NCBI GenBank assembly: GCA_951406725.2
Contig: OX597829.1
Span: 8,742,001 to 8,806,000, forward strand
Direction: 5' to 3'
Length of the DNA: 64,000 nucleotides
Source of the DNA: Octopus vulgaris
Lineage: Eukaryota
The notes under the pieces were generated by a model that was not told where the DNA came from, searched no databases, and saw only the letters and a list, made by a program, of their open reading frames with translations. The position numbers and the translations under genes are program-made. Below are positions 1 to 13,069 of the stretch, piece after piece. The first letter of the stretch is position 1, and the number at the start of each line of letters is the position of its first letter.

Positions 1-988
1 CAAATTTCAGTTAAAACTCGTTCGTATTTTTGTCACCAATAATCTGTTTTTGCGCTTTTTTCTGATGAACCAGTTTTTAGGTTCTGTCTAACAATACGAC
101 TTTTTATAGCTTATTTTACCACATTTGAAGCATTCTATATTTTTAAACGAACAGTTATTTTTAAAATGTAGACCACCGCATCCATAACATGGATTCGGGC
201 TTGACATTTTTTGTATTTTCTTATTCATTACCGCTCGAATCTGAGAGCAATCTTCCTCTTTAATTTTATCTGTGCCATGTCGTAGATTTATAATCCTCTG
301 ATATTCTTCTGATACTGCTTGTAGAGTTAAATTTTGGTCCTATTCTAATTTTGTTAATACCCGGGAACGTATACCAGCACCTTTGTTTGCAGTAACCCTT
401 GAACAAAAATTAAAGCTTGAACATGCCTGAGGTCGACTCATTCAATTTGAATTTCTTACACTCTCTGTTAACCACTCCGGCACACGTGACGAAATCTTCA
501 TCATCTTTTTTGACCAAATTTAAACATTGCCAGCGTGCATTGAACAGGAAACTTCTTTCAATGAAAATTTTTGATAAGATATTGTTTCATCGAAACAAAT
601 CTCACCTGGCTTCTCCGACAGAATATAATTACTATATTTTTCATATTCTGCAGGGGATAACTTTCTTAAGCGTAGTCGTACTTTTTTTCTCGTAAGACCA
701 ACTTTTACACTCTTTGAAGATTTCTTCATAGCTTTGAAAATATGCAGAGAAGGTAATCCTTTCTTCAATTGGATTTGCAAAGCTGTCTGGTGAATACGAA
801 CCTGAAGTATCTTCAGACTTTCAGTATTAATTCCAGCAACCGTTGGTTTTCTGTTATTGTTGTTGTATTTGCTACCGTTGTAATTATTGTTGTAGTTGCT
901 GTTATTGTAATTGTTGTTGTAGTTATTGCTGCAGCTGCTGCTGCTGTAGCTGTTGCCACGGTAACACGAAGGCCAATATGTTTTCCAT
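1..988 (-). pseudogene. Gypsy/Ty3 LTR retrotransposon gag-like ORF (K02A2.6-type), frameshifted, runs off the window start
   Basis: ATG at 988(-) gives MENILA followed by a Q-rich tract. Broken frames then give KKVRLRLRKLSPAEYEKYSNYILSEKPGEICFDETI and WQCLNLVKKDDEDFVTCAGVVNRECKKFKLNE..DMFKL, resembling invertebrate Gypsy gag. Confidence 0.75.
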
Positions 989-1060
989 GTTAAAAAGATT
1001 TTCCTTTGGTTTTGTACCAAAACAAAAGGACTTAACACCCAACGCAAGCTTCGAACAAAT

Positions 1061-1240
1061 CGTCACCACTTTTATATCTTTGTATTGGATACATAATATA
1101 ACGAAGCAAGGAGGAAGAAAATATATACACGACGCACTACTATTACTATTACACGAGACTCAACGCTCTCTATCATGGCTCACGGTGAACTGCTTACCAA
1201 CCCGAAATGCCAATCGCTCACATTTATTTAATTCATAACA
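1061..1240 (-). mobile_element. Putative 5' LTR (~170 bp) and primer-binding site of the Gypsy element
   Basis: The minus strand starts TGTTATG at 1240, where LINE-like sequence stops. A PBS-like TGGTGACG (1068-1061) lies just upstream of gag. The second LTR is outside the window. Confidence 0.55.
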
Positions 1241-2700
1241 ATGAGTCAGTCCATCTTTGGTCACCTGGGTCGACTTCGAAGCAAGGCTACATACTCAACG
1301 ACTTCAGGTCACTAAATATAAGTGTAGTGGCCATCAGCGATACCAGAGTTTTCGATTCACTGGATTTCATGCTCATTTATTGTGAATACGGGATTTAGTC
1401 ATGTCTTCATCTACCGGGAAGGGGTGATGGCGATGCGGTATTGTTTCGGAGTGGTCTGGACATATGGTACGTTCCACCTTCTTGGACACGGGTTAACAGG
1501 TGTTTCTGGATATGAAGAGTAGCGAAGAAAGGTGCCTTCAGATTGGTATCTGTTTATGATTTGACAGGGTCACGACAAGCAGATTTCTTCAGGCGTCTGG
1601 TGGTTTTCTTAGGGATGTACAATCTTTAGTGCTAGTAAGCGACTGGCACATCATCTTGTGTACGTTTGGAGTGTTCGGGGCTAGTTTATTAGAGAGTGGA
1701 TGCAAAAATGTCGCAATCCTGCTCAAATGTTTCCAAATATCTGGCAGGTGTCAACTGGATTTTCCAAATGTGTCAATGTGGACATTAACAAACCGCCTCG
1801 GTTCATCTAGGTCATATCCAGATAGAGTATTGTATAGCCAGTAGATAAAGATAACATAGGCTTTCCAATTTCAAAATCTTTGGCTACACAGTAAAAGATT
1901 TGCGATCTGTATGGTTAGGCTAGATAAGGTTTTGTAGGCAGGGACCCGGTTACTAGGAAGTGAACATATCAATCCCGGTACGTGGAGCTTACAAAGCCTG
2001 GATTAGCGAATTAGCGGTGGAGGGGTATTCCCGGCATCAGATAAAGTGTATAAGCATAAAAGTACTGTCAGCTGGACCTGCTCGAGATACGCTCGGAGCG
2101 GAAACTCTTCTGCACATCCTTGTTCACTCTCCGTGCATTGCTGACTTGTGGAAGGATTTTAGATACTTGCTGTTACGGATACGGATACCAGCTGAGTCCA
2201 TCATCAGAACTGTTCCGCCACATGCCTTTGGTCGGAAAAAAATCATGCAGTTTCCATCTGTCTTGTTGCTTTTATGAAAAAGGATTGTTGTGGACTTGGC
2301 TGTAAAGGCTGAAGACAAAATCATCCGTTTTTGACCAAGCTCTCATCAACTTTTTTAAGCTTTTTCTTGAAAAGAAAGGTGGTGTTGGAGAGAGAAATGT
2401 CTTTCAGCAAACGTTTGAAAGATCGATGTGAATAGCAAGGGCGGTCTGCATGACCGGACCTGCTTTGAGCCTGCACCTGCAGACTGGCGGAGGAATACAG
2501 GAAAATACCATTGCCATATTGGTCAAACTGACTGTTCTTTAGGGCCTTCACGAGCAGACCGAAAAATCTCCCCACTTCTGGAGAATTACATCTCTTGTTT
2601 GGATCTTTTGGATCTTTTCTCTTCGTTATTGTATTGTATTGAATTGGCGTATAACATTCTTAGTTCTTTAGTAAACCCGTAATGGCTAAGAAAGTAATCA
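1241..2700 (+). mobile_element. Degenerate L1/Tx1-like LINE (APE endonuclease joined to C-terminal region; RT apparently deleted)
   Basis: APE-like motifs GYILNDFRSLNISVVAISDTR, LVSDWHIIL (GDWN) and WTLTN..SSRSYPDRV (YLDR). Then ETLLHILVHSPCIADLW (CCHC-type C-terminal motif) with no RT between them. Confidence 0.65.
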
Positions 2701-3077
2701 TCATAAATATCATTAGGCAGGACAACTTTACCTTTCATCATTTTTGGATCACTAAAATAAAATACTAGACAAGAAAGGAGCCAATGTAATTGACTTGACC
2801 CACCCTTGAGAGCTGCTACCCTCAGAAAGAATTATATTTATTTACATTACTACTTTACCGAACCTTTCCATATCCTGCGCGGGATATAAGTTACAAGCCA
2901 TTTTCTCCCCATAAATGTTTACTTTGAAATATTGAACAATAGTGCACTTAGGCTGCTTTGCATATTGCTTTCCAGTTATCTATATGAGTGCACCAATCTG
3001 TATATATATATTTGTGTGTGTAATTGAATGAATGTTTGTGTATCTATTTATTTCCATGTGTGTATCCTTCGTTAACT

Positions 3078-3949
3078 TGATCAATAAGTATTCGGACTAT
3101 CGTAGTAAATAAGCTAAAGCACGCAGTGTCAGCTCGCTTGGCACAGATTAACCTTAAATTCCGCTCTATATGTGCATCAAGTATTAATGTTCGAGCTCAC
3201 TTCCGCTGTTTACAGCAGTGCTTTAAAGGAATGTGTGTAGCGTGTGTTCGTTGCATTGACCATGACAGAGAAAGTTGAGCAGAGAATCTACATCAAATTT
3301 TGCCAAAATTTTGCCGATACCTACTCAGAGGCCTACGCAAAGTGTTCAACATGTTTCCATCGTACTCGACAGAATCAAGGAGATTTTGTACAACTGAAAC
3401 CCGGGTGTATTTTTGGTCAGCTGAAAGAAATTTTGGCACAAACTTGGCAGACACGCGTCTCATACCCAACTCTTCAGTGATAATGAACTGAACTGAACCA
3501 ATCCACACATCTCATAACTCACGGATGGTGATTCGACGGTTTCCCCTCACAGCTGCATGCACATTTGGGATGTTTTTCTCGGTTCTGCTAGTTGCGGGTC
3601 TCCCAGAAATTTCGTCACTATCGACATTCTTTCGGTCATCATGGAGACGTCTAAGCCACTCGTATACTTGTGTGCGGCTCATACACTCTTCTCCGTACAC
3701 TTTCTACAGCTTTGCATAGGCGTCTGAGTAGGTATCACAATCACAACTTTGTCATGGTCACTGCGACGATCACACGTTACACACCTTCCTTCCAAGCACT
3801 GCTGTAAATAGCGGAAGGGAGCTACAACGTCAAAATGTAGTGCACATGCAGAGCAGAGGTGAAGGTCAATCTGTATCGAGCGGTTTTACTCTACGTGCTT
3901 CAACTTCGTTACTATGGCAAGTGTACGGATACTTATTGATCAGATCTCG
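3078..3949 (-). mobile_element. Fold-back mariner derivative built from two 5' ends
   Basis: TIR core TGATCAATAAGTAT.CG at 3078-3096, inverted at 3926-3943. Minus-strand transposase N-terminus YGEECMSRTQVYEW..SGRPATSRT..RRVSAKFVPK. Plus-strand copy of the start MTEKVEQRIYIKFC (3262-3345). Confidence 0.8.
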
Positions 3950-5289
3950 AATACATCTTTGTAGAAAACTGCAAAACGAAAAAAAAAGGTGCTTTGCAAA
4001 CGATGTTTCTTGTATCGGTTTAGATATTCCTTCATCACTCTCACAATAAAGAAAGTAAATAGATTAAAGTTACCATTATGCCGATTATGCTGTGACATTT
4101 GTTTCCAGCTGCGAAACTGGAAACAAGTGCTTACGACTGAGAATTGAAACCCTGTAACAAAGTCAAGCTCGATCGACGAAATCTTCAGCTGAATATCGTA
4201 CCTATCTGCGTGTGTGCGTGTTTATGTCTGCTCAGGGATATGCGCCGATAGTAATATGTGTTTGTATAGTAGTCATTCATACACAAGTTATTTTCTATGG
4301 TTACGTAAACGTATGCTGATTGTAAAGTGAGACTTCTACTAAAAAAGAAATAACTTCTTTTAAGTACCTGTTAAGAAAGCAGTATAAAGTTACTAAGAAA
4401 TTTTTCATCAGACAATGTAATCTCTTCTTTATCTACCCTATTCTTAAAGCTTTTTTTGTTACTAGAATTCCCGAGTCAAGCACTTTTCCTACTACCTTCT
4501 CCCACCTGGCTTCAGGGTTTTAGGCTGAATACGTTATGTTGTGAATATCGCAGGTGGGGTAGATTTGATGAATGCTATTTTTCGTTCAGTGAACCCTTGC
4601 TTTTACAGAAGAAATTTCATCTACCAATAACGTGATTTTTGAGGGTTCGTTTCTTCTAACAGTCTATTTTTAAAATTATGTGGCACAAGCATATTCATAA
4701 ATTTCGCCCAATGTCACTCAAAAACTATCCTGTCATCCGTCTGAAGTTTGATTAGAAGTTTGATTAAAGTTTAATGAAATTTCTCTATTTTCCTTTCTTC
4801 TTTCTTTTATTTCAAAATTTATTTATAGCTTTTCTTTAGGGCAAACCCTTCCTCTATCACCTGTTTTAGATACATATGTTATGCGTGTTTTGTATCAAGT
4901 CTAGAATCGGTTCTCAGTTCACACATAGCTGCTGTTACTTAGCTTAAGCTAGCTAGAATCAAGTAGATGTGTATTCAACGGTGTTTTGGCGAGGACTTAA
5001 ATTTATTTATTTATTTTGCCTACTATGTCCTTATTTCGGATAAAAAGTCCTTAATGAAAGGAATATATCTAACTACTATTTCAAATAAATCTGATAACCG
5101 CGCAGAAGCGTCTTCAGTGGCTCTATTTCTGCTAAGCTTAAGTTTTAAAGGTTTTTATTCTTCTTTGAACCATGGTCCACATCTCATTCACCACCAAATA
5201 TTGCAAAGGATTATTAGATATGATCTGAGAGGATTCTCAACAACTGTAGTAATAGTAAATATACATTTTATGAACCTTGAAGCGTAGTA

Positions 5290-6960
5290 ATGATGTTCTG
5301 TGGTGTAATGTAATGTCGTTTAGTGTATGGCATTCTACAGAACAAAGATTGCATGGTAGAAATTATGTATTAAAATGAGTTGTACTGAGGAAGAACTGCA
5401 CATATTGATTTCTTGGAGCCTATGACAACTGGTGCTGTTAATGTTGTGTTTAAACATCTGTACATTGATACAACCAGGAAGAACTTTGCACAAGAAGATA
5501 AGTTTAGAATTTTGGCATCCTTGGTAGGTTGGATTAGAATAAGTGCTAAGGAGGTCTCGAGTAGTGGAAAAGTCTCAGTAAGAGGGATGCGTGAAAGTGA
5601 GAGGAAATGGTCAGGTCGGATTGGATAAAGGTAGTAGGCAGTTTCTTAGTCCTAGAAGATAGAGACACATTGCGGTATCCGTAAAATCTACAGTGTGTAT
5701 GTGGGTTAGTATTTGAAAGGTATTATTGAATGAGCTTTTATCGACCAAATTATTTTCTTTCGGATATAATCTATAATTTGTATGTGTGTTGCAGCAGCCC
5801 TATTCCAGTTGTGAGAGCATTTTAATGTCAGTCTCACTTGAGCTTGCGAGAAACTTGGAAACTGAAGTTCGGAGCCGAACTATGTGTTTGCTCTGAAGTG
5901 AAAGTTTAGGTTTTGTAATGCAATTTTTTCTACGCTATGAATAACGAACCTCACCAAAATAGACGATCGATTGTAACTATGAAAGCTGAATGACAAATGC
6001 TGCTCATAGGTAGGTAGCTTAACAAGGATATTCTCGCATTATACTCGGAGCAAGAAAATACTCCACTATCGACTACAATGACTACTAGCTTTCAATTAAG
6101 ATCATGGTAGAACCACAATGGTGCAGACTGCTGCTTCTACGTGCAGATTTTCTAGACCACACCTAAAGAAAAACCACCCGCCGACTGACATGAAGTTACT
6201 CACTAACACATTTTATTCATTGGTTCATAAATAGGCATTCTACTGTCTCTAATATTCCTACCAGTACTTTAGTATTATTTGCTTGCCAGAGGTGACTAGT
6301 CTCGTGACACTTTCCATCCAGACTTTTTCCTTTCTACTTCTCTAGTGGACCCATTTTCAAAGATCCGCGCTAACCATTTTCTTCATTCCGTCCTGATATC
6401 GACTCTGTCTGGAATTCTTTCCTTCATCACATGTCGCTCTGCAGCGGTGGTGTTTGAGATGTTCAAGAGTGACATAAACTGCATCGTTCTTGGAAAGGTT
6501 GCAAAGACCAAAATTACAGTCCCCTTTCTTTAATCATCTCAATAAAAGCAGTTTTTGCTTATGGCGTAGCTGTGTTCGTGGTGGTGAGGAAAAGAAATAA
6601 TCGGATAGCGGTTTATTCAATATGGTAGTGAATGGGAAGAAGAGGCTGCTGAGAGAACCAACACTGTTGAGCTATAGTGATGGTTAGTTTCCCAATGTTA
6701 GCGGAAATCTTTTTAGCAAAGAAACGACAGAGCAGACTGAACGTTATAAGATAGGTCTTTCAAACTGTAAAATACATAAGGTATCTTTGCGTTTCGGATG
6801 GTAGTGGTAGAAGTAATACTACCCACCCCTACACAGATAGGGAAGGTGGAATGTTCTCCATGTTGTAGATCTTATTCTACACCAAAAGAATTCTGGAAAG
6901 GACATTCTATTGCAACATATTAATCATCTCATACTGGGTCCCCATCACAAGAGAGCTGAT
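5290..6960. mobile_element. Highly degenerate CR1/L2-like LINE relic, apparently rearranged
   Basis: Only weak peptide resemblance to LINE endonuclease/RT linker regions, on both strands; no intact motif. Confidence 0.25.
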
Positions 6961-7329
6961 TCACGAAACCATCGTGCATAACATAGGAGACCCGCGAAGG
7001 AAAGAAAACTGCGATGATATAGATATATAACAAAATCTAGTGATCATTCACCAAGGAAATGCACAAGAGCAAGAAATGGGAAGCTGGCAGAGGAAGTGAG
7101 GTGAGGACATCATCAAGAAATACACACTCAATTCATTAACACGAGCTTCGACAAACTGTCGAGAGAGACGGAATGAAATTAGTTTACAGTACGCGACGAT
7201 GCCTCTACCGATCCATAGAAATTGAGGATCCACACGCAAACACACACACATACGCATACACGCGCACACACAAACTGTCTCCAAAAATATTTACACAGAT
7301 TGGAGTGTTAATTAAAATACATTTCAATT

Positions 7330-8260
7330 TCAAATTTTAATAGAATCGACAGAAAGAATTTATCATTTTTATGAAAACCTGTTTTTAAACTAATTACGTT
7401 CTGATGGTGACACTGTTGATAATGTGAAGCAATAGAATCACAAACATCATGAAATATTTTGTTCGACATTTGAGCGCATTTTCATAGACTGACTGTTTTT
7501 AGTTCGTGGCCTGATGCCGGTCTTGTACCGTAAATTTTTAAGTATTCCCATAAAAAAAAGGTTTGGAAGTATGAGGCTTGGTGAATGCAGAATGTATTCT
7601 ACTGAACTTCTTGGTCTAATCCACCTTTTTGGCAGCATTTCATCAAGCTGAGCACTTGTTTTAATATGGTAGTGCGGGTTTACGCCATCTTGCTGAAAAT
7701 AAAGCTCTGCAATTTCGAAGCCCTTAGGAATGGTTGGTGTGATATATTATTGCAGCAATTCAAGTAAATGCGATCGCTCACAGTACAGTAAATACGACCC
7801 AATTAATCGTTCTGGTGACAAACCGTAACTATTGGTAAATTAACTGATGTTCCTCCGTAATGTGCAGATTATAAAGTTCCACTAGAGGGTGCAACTGTGA
7901 TGGTCAACTGGACCATTTAATTAAATGTAACCTCATCACTGAAAATAAATTTTGTTAGAAAGTGTCCGTATCTTGTAATGTATAACTCGTAAAACTCAAC
8001 TCTTTATACTGAATCATCTTCATGAGAGCACGGACTATTCTTGGAATGTAACGGTTCCGATAGCTCTGCAAAATTCGAGAGACGCTTGCTTTTGAAATTC
8101 CTACCTCAAGACAGGAGATGCTTTTCAACGTGCTTTTATTTATACGATTTTTCATTCCATGTTTGAAATGTTCTGAAGTCGCACACTTCGTTAATTTCCG
8201 TAAAAATTTTTAATTTATTTTCTTTTTCCACGACGTGTTCAGCTCCTGTATTTGTAGTAA
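7330..8260 (-). mobile_element. Degenerate Tc1/mariner-superfamily transposase (DUF4817-type)
   Basis: FQQDGVNPHY and LPKRWIRPRSSVEYILHSPSLILPNLFFMGILKN, a decayed form of FPNRWIGR..WPPRSPDLTPLDFFLWG. Confidence 0.65.
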
Positions 8261-8296
8261 GTCACACACGCACAGGTTTGGTTTTGTATGTGCGTT

Positions 8297-8491
8297 TGTA
8301 TATGTATGTGCGTATGCATATGTGCATGCCTGTGAGTATTTAGGAGAGTGTGTAGACGTGTCTGTGTGTGTGTACGTATGTATGTACATGTGAACGCATG
8401 TTTATGTAATGATATGTGTCAGTTGAAGTTGTATACATGACTGTTACCTTGTTAAGCTTGTATATATATACACACATATACATTTATGTAG

Positions 8492-8523
<32 letters not shown>

Positions 8524-8764
8524 GTGTGTGTGTGTGTGTGTGCGTTTGTCCCTCTCACCACCGTCTAACGGTGAATGGATACAACGTCTTAGATACATAT
8601 ATGCACATATAACCTTATACATATATACATATACACACAATCATATAGACTCTTGCACATACTCACAAATATACGTATAATCTTAAGGTATATACACATA
8701 TATGCTCATCCATTTCTACGTACATATACATATACATATACACACACATACATACACACACACA

Positions 8765-8795
<31 letters not shown>

Positions 8796-9667
8796 CATAC
8801 ACACACAAACATATACATATATATACATATCTATGACACTCTTTTCAAGAACAACGGTTGAAATTCAAACTTGCTTTATTTTATTCTATTTATTCTTTTT
8901 TTTACATGCATACATATATAAAGGGTAAAGACCCCCTTCGGTCATGAATGACCATGGGATTGCACCTAGAAAGTTACCCTCCTAGACACAAGTCTGGGCA
9001 AGGTTGTTTATGGAAGACCAGCAGTCGCCCATGCATACCAGCCTCCCCTCTCCACGCCACCAGTGTTATCCAAGGGAAAGACAAAGGTCGATACAGCTTG
9101 GCACCAGTGACGTCGCAACTCATTTCTACAGCTGAGTGAACTGGAGCAACGTGAAATAAAGTGCCTTGCTCAAGAACACAACACGCAGCCCGGTCCGGGA
9201 TTCGAGCTCACAACCTCACGATCGTAAGCTCGACGCTCTAACCACTGAGCCATGCGCCTTCACATGCATACATATATAATACATATATATATTTATACAT
9301 ACTCATATATGCATGCATGTACATACTCATACACTAACATACAAAACACACAACACATACACATACGTATACATATATACATCTACACATACGTACATAC
9401 GTATCAAACAATGTCCACTCGTACGGTTATATATAACTGCATATATGTATTTTAGTACCAAGCAGTTCAACATGTATGCATGGATTACTACATGTAAATG
9501 AGAGAGAGAAGGGGTGGTGGTTATACAATGGTACTCCCGAGTGGAATCTGGATGTTACCCCATCCGGATTTTCGGTTGAGAGTGGGTTTGTTTTTTTGTA
9601 TACAGCTTCCATGACTTGTCTCAGCATTGCATCAGTGGGATGTGTGGATAAGATGTTTAACTTAAGT
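8297..9667 (-). repeat. Left arm of a ~1.05-kb inverted duplication (inverted PLE 3' end plus downstream DNA), interrupted by a SINE
   Basis: Reverse complement of 10702-11770. For example, 9511-9667 matches 10702-10860, and 8320-8490 matches 11575-11745. Confidence 0.92.
8922..9261 (-). mobile_element. tRNA-derived SINE, full length, with 18-bp TSD
   Basis: A box TGGCTCAGTGG, B-box-like GCTCGAATCC, central GTGTTCTTGAGCAAGGCAC. TSD ACATGCATACATATATAA at 8904-8921 and 9262-9279. The empty site is visible in the other arm (~11090-11108). Confidence 0.9.
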
Positions 9668-9679
9668 GCCTAGCGACCC

Positions 9680-10852
9680 GTAACATCCACTTAGCTATGT
9701 ACTCTCGATACGTTGACGACATTAACCTTATCTTGAAATGTAATAATAATACAGACACAGAGATATACTCTCTACTAAATGAAGAACAGGTGATGACAGC
9801 TATACAACACATAGCTGACTCTATTCATAGCAGTATAAAAGTTACCGTGGACTACCCCTCTAAACACCCCAGTAATAGATTACTGTCCTAGATACTGAGC
9901 TGTGGATGGAAAATACTATGGTTAACGGAACTGTTAAACCCTGTATACTCCACTCACACTATTGTAAACCTATGGCTAATCCACTGGTAATCCGTAATGA
10001 CTCAGCGATGTCGAGTACTACCAAGCTCAACATCCTGGTGGCAGACTTAGTTAGAGTAATGAGGAATGTATCTCCACTATGCCAACCACAAGAACGACAA
10101 CAACACATCCAGCACTTCATATTCCGAATGCAACGCTCAGGATACACACAATATTACAGAATCAGAGTGTACAAAGGAGCGAAAACAAGATTCGAACGCA
10201 TTCTCAGTGATGACGAAAACGGTATATGCCCCCCTGTACCGCAACAAGTTCTCGAATAGGTTAGAAAGAGACACCAACAAGAGAAATAAAACCAATATTT
10301 GGTATAATAACAAGAAATTTCACAGTGTAATGTTTGTTGATGCCACACCTAAGGACGAATTATGTAAGGCATTCAAGATAATTCCTGCACACAACTAGCC
10401 TTAAGATCAAGGTTGTAGAAAAGACAGGTAGGACTATTAAATCTGTATTATGTAGATCATATCCATTTGATAGATTCACATGTGGAAATAATTGTGCAGT
10501 ATGTTCTACAAAGGCACATGTGAACTGCAAAACCAAGAGCACTGTATACCAAATTAAGTGCAAAGAAGGAGCTTGCGCGACTAACCCAGAGTCATACATA
10601 GGTGAGACTTCTAGGAGTATCAATGATAGGTTCAAAGAACACCTGGACAACTCCATCTTCTATCAGCATGCTGTAGACTGCCACAAGGGCTCCTTAGGAA
10701 GACTTAAGTTCAACATCTTATCCACACATCCCACTGATGCAATGCTGAGACAGGTCACTGAAGCTGTCTGTATACAAGAATACAAACCCACACTCAACCG
10801 AAAATCCGAATGGGGTAACATCCAGATTCCACTCGGGAGTACCATTGTATAA
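9680..10852 (+). mobile_element. 5'-truncated Penelope-like element: RT C-terminal half plus GIY-YIG endonuclease, frameshifted
   Basis: YSRYVDD; LDTELW..HSHYCKPMAN..SAMS..MQRSGY; Cys-rich linker CGNNCAVC..NCKTK; VYQIKC..C..SYIGETSRSINDRFKEH..RQVTEAVCI..LNRKSEW. Confidence 0.9.
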
Positions 10853-11279
10853 CCACCCCTCTCTCTCTCTCTCATTTACATGTAGTAATCCATGCATACA
10901 TGTTGAAATGTATGGTACTAAAATACATATATGCAGTTATATATAACCGTACGAATGTACATTGTTTGATATGTATGTACGTATGTGTAGATGTATATGT
11001 GTGTATACATGTGTGTATGTGTTGTATGTTGTGTATGTTAGTGTATAAGTATGTACATGCATGCATATATGAGTATGTGTAAATATATATTATATATGCA
11101 TGCATGTAAAGGAAAAAGAAAAAAGAATAGAGTAAAATAAAGCAAGTTTGAATTTTAACCGTTGTTCTTGAAAAGAGTGTCATATATATGTATATATAAG
11201 TATATGTCTGTGTGTGTAAGTATGCACATATATATATATATATATATATATGTATATGTATGTGTATATGCATGTATAA

Positions 11280-11325
<46 letters not shown>

Positions 11326-11543
11326 ATGTATGTGTGTATATGTATATGTATGTAGAGATGGATGAGCGTATATGTGTGTATACTTTAAGATTATACGTAT
11401 ATTTGTTTGTATGTGTGTCTATATGATTGTGTGTATATGTATATATGTATAAGGTTATATGTGCATATATGTATCTAAGACGTTGTATCCATTCACCGTT
11501 AGACGGTGGTGAGGGGGACAAACGCACACACACACATACATAC

Positions 11544-11577
<34 letters not shown>

Positions 11578-11759
11578 CTACATAAATGTATATGTGTATA
11601 TATATACAAGCTTAACAAGGTAACAGTCATGTATACAACTTCAACTGACACATATCATTACATAAACATGCGTTCACATGTACATACTCACGTACACACA
11701 CACAGACACGTCTACACACTCTCCTAAATACTCACAGGCATGCACATATGCATACGCAC

Positions 11760-12140
11760 ATACATGTACACACATACATAGATAAATACGTACATACATA
11801 CATACACAGACACATACATACATACATATATACATACATACATACATACATACACACACACATACATACATACATACATACATACATACATACATACATA
11901 CATACATACATACATACACACACACATACATACATACATATATACATACATACATACATACATACATACACACACACATACATACATACATACATACATA
12001 CATACATACACACATACATACACACACATACATACATACATACATACATACATACACACATACATACATACATACATATATACATACATACATATATACA
12101 TACACACACACACACATACATACGTACATATATATATATC
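11760..12140 (+). repeat. (TACA)n microsatellite
   Basis: About 380 bp of TACA/CA repeats. Confidence 0.95.
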
Positions 12141-12177
12141 ATGAACTAACTGTTACTTTGTCAGATGCAGCACGAAG

Positions 12178-12229
12178 TTTTGTCAGTGAAGAGGTCGCGG
12201 TCTGAAAGCGACGAAAATATTTTGACAAA
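12178..12229 (+). ncRNA. Minimal type-I hammerhead ribozyme-like motif (C3 to G in this copy) in a ~230-bp segment between (TA)n tracts
   Basis: TTTGTCA-gTGAAGA-g-GTCGC(ggtctgaaa)GCGAC-GAAA-ATAT-TT-TGACAAA: 7-bp stem I, 5-bp stem II, palindromic tetraloop in place of stem III. Confidence 0.65.
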
Positions 12230-13069
12230 TTAACTTTAAATGTTGAAGTGAATCTAACGGTTTTGTGTGTTTCTTAAATGATTTATAAACACCTTCCACG
12301 CTGTAATTGTTTTTGTTCCAGCACACGATCTCAGATCAGGTCACTCGCTATGCAAGTACATCTCCGTAATATACATATATATATATGCAGGCATAACTTA
12401 CATATATACAACCACACACACAATTAAAAGCGTGTGTAATCAAAGACAATTTCAAGGGTAGTTATTACATAAAATTTAGGATAAAAGCTGAACAAAATCT
12501 TCATGAATGACCGATTATTTACTTAACTGTGTTGCAATGGAAGTAGTAAAGATATAATCACAATCTCAAAGATATTTAAGATATCATCCCTGTACTTATA
12601 TCTGAAGTATCGGAGGAATGGAGATATAAACAAGGGAGAGAAACCAAGAGGATCCAGTAGTGTTTCGAATTTTCCGCTCGTTAATCTCAGGCAGCTACAT
12701 AGCTTTCAAGTTGTTCAACGTATTCCTCCAGTTAATAGGGCGACTGCATGAAACGAACTCAAATACGTTTCTTTCTCTTCTTGAAGGCCTAACGCTTGAA
12801 TCGGAACATATTTAATCGATATTTGTCGCAGTTATTCTTTATTCAAGTTTCATTGCATTTAAAAAACGTATTAATTTGTTGTATTTTGATTCTATCCACT
12901 TTCACACTGTATATTTTCTTTCATTTATCTCAGCATTCTTCGTTTTTACTATACGTAAAACACGAAAATGCTTCATTTCAGGAACATATACATATGACTA
13001 CTACAACAGCTCACGCCCAATTTCCAAGCGTCTGCATGGATTAGGATCATATTCAAACCTGTGATGTAC

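Noticed and set aside
9170-9261. tRNA-like sequence (also the heads of other SINEs)
   Set aside because: SINE head followed by body, tail and TSD; no complete cloverleaf.
11674-12149. 130-150-aa ORFs of MYVC/HTYI repeats (also at 8.4-9.5, 14-15, 45.5-46 and 56.8-57.7 kb)
   Set aside because: Translations of TA/CA/TACA microsatellites; no coding signal.
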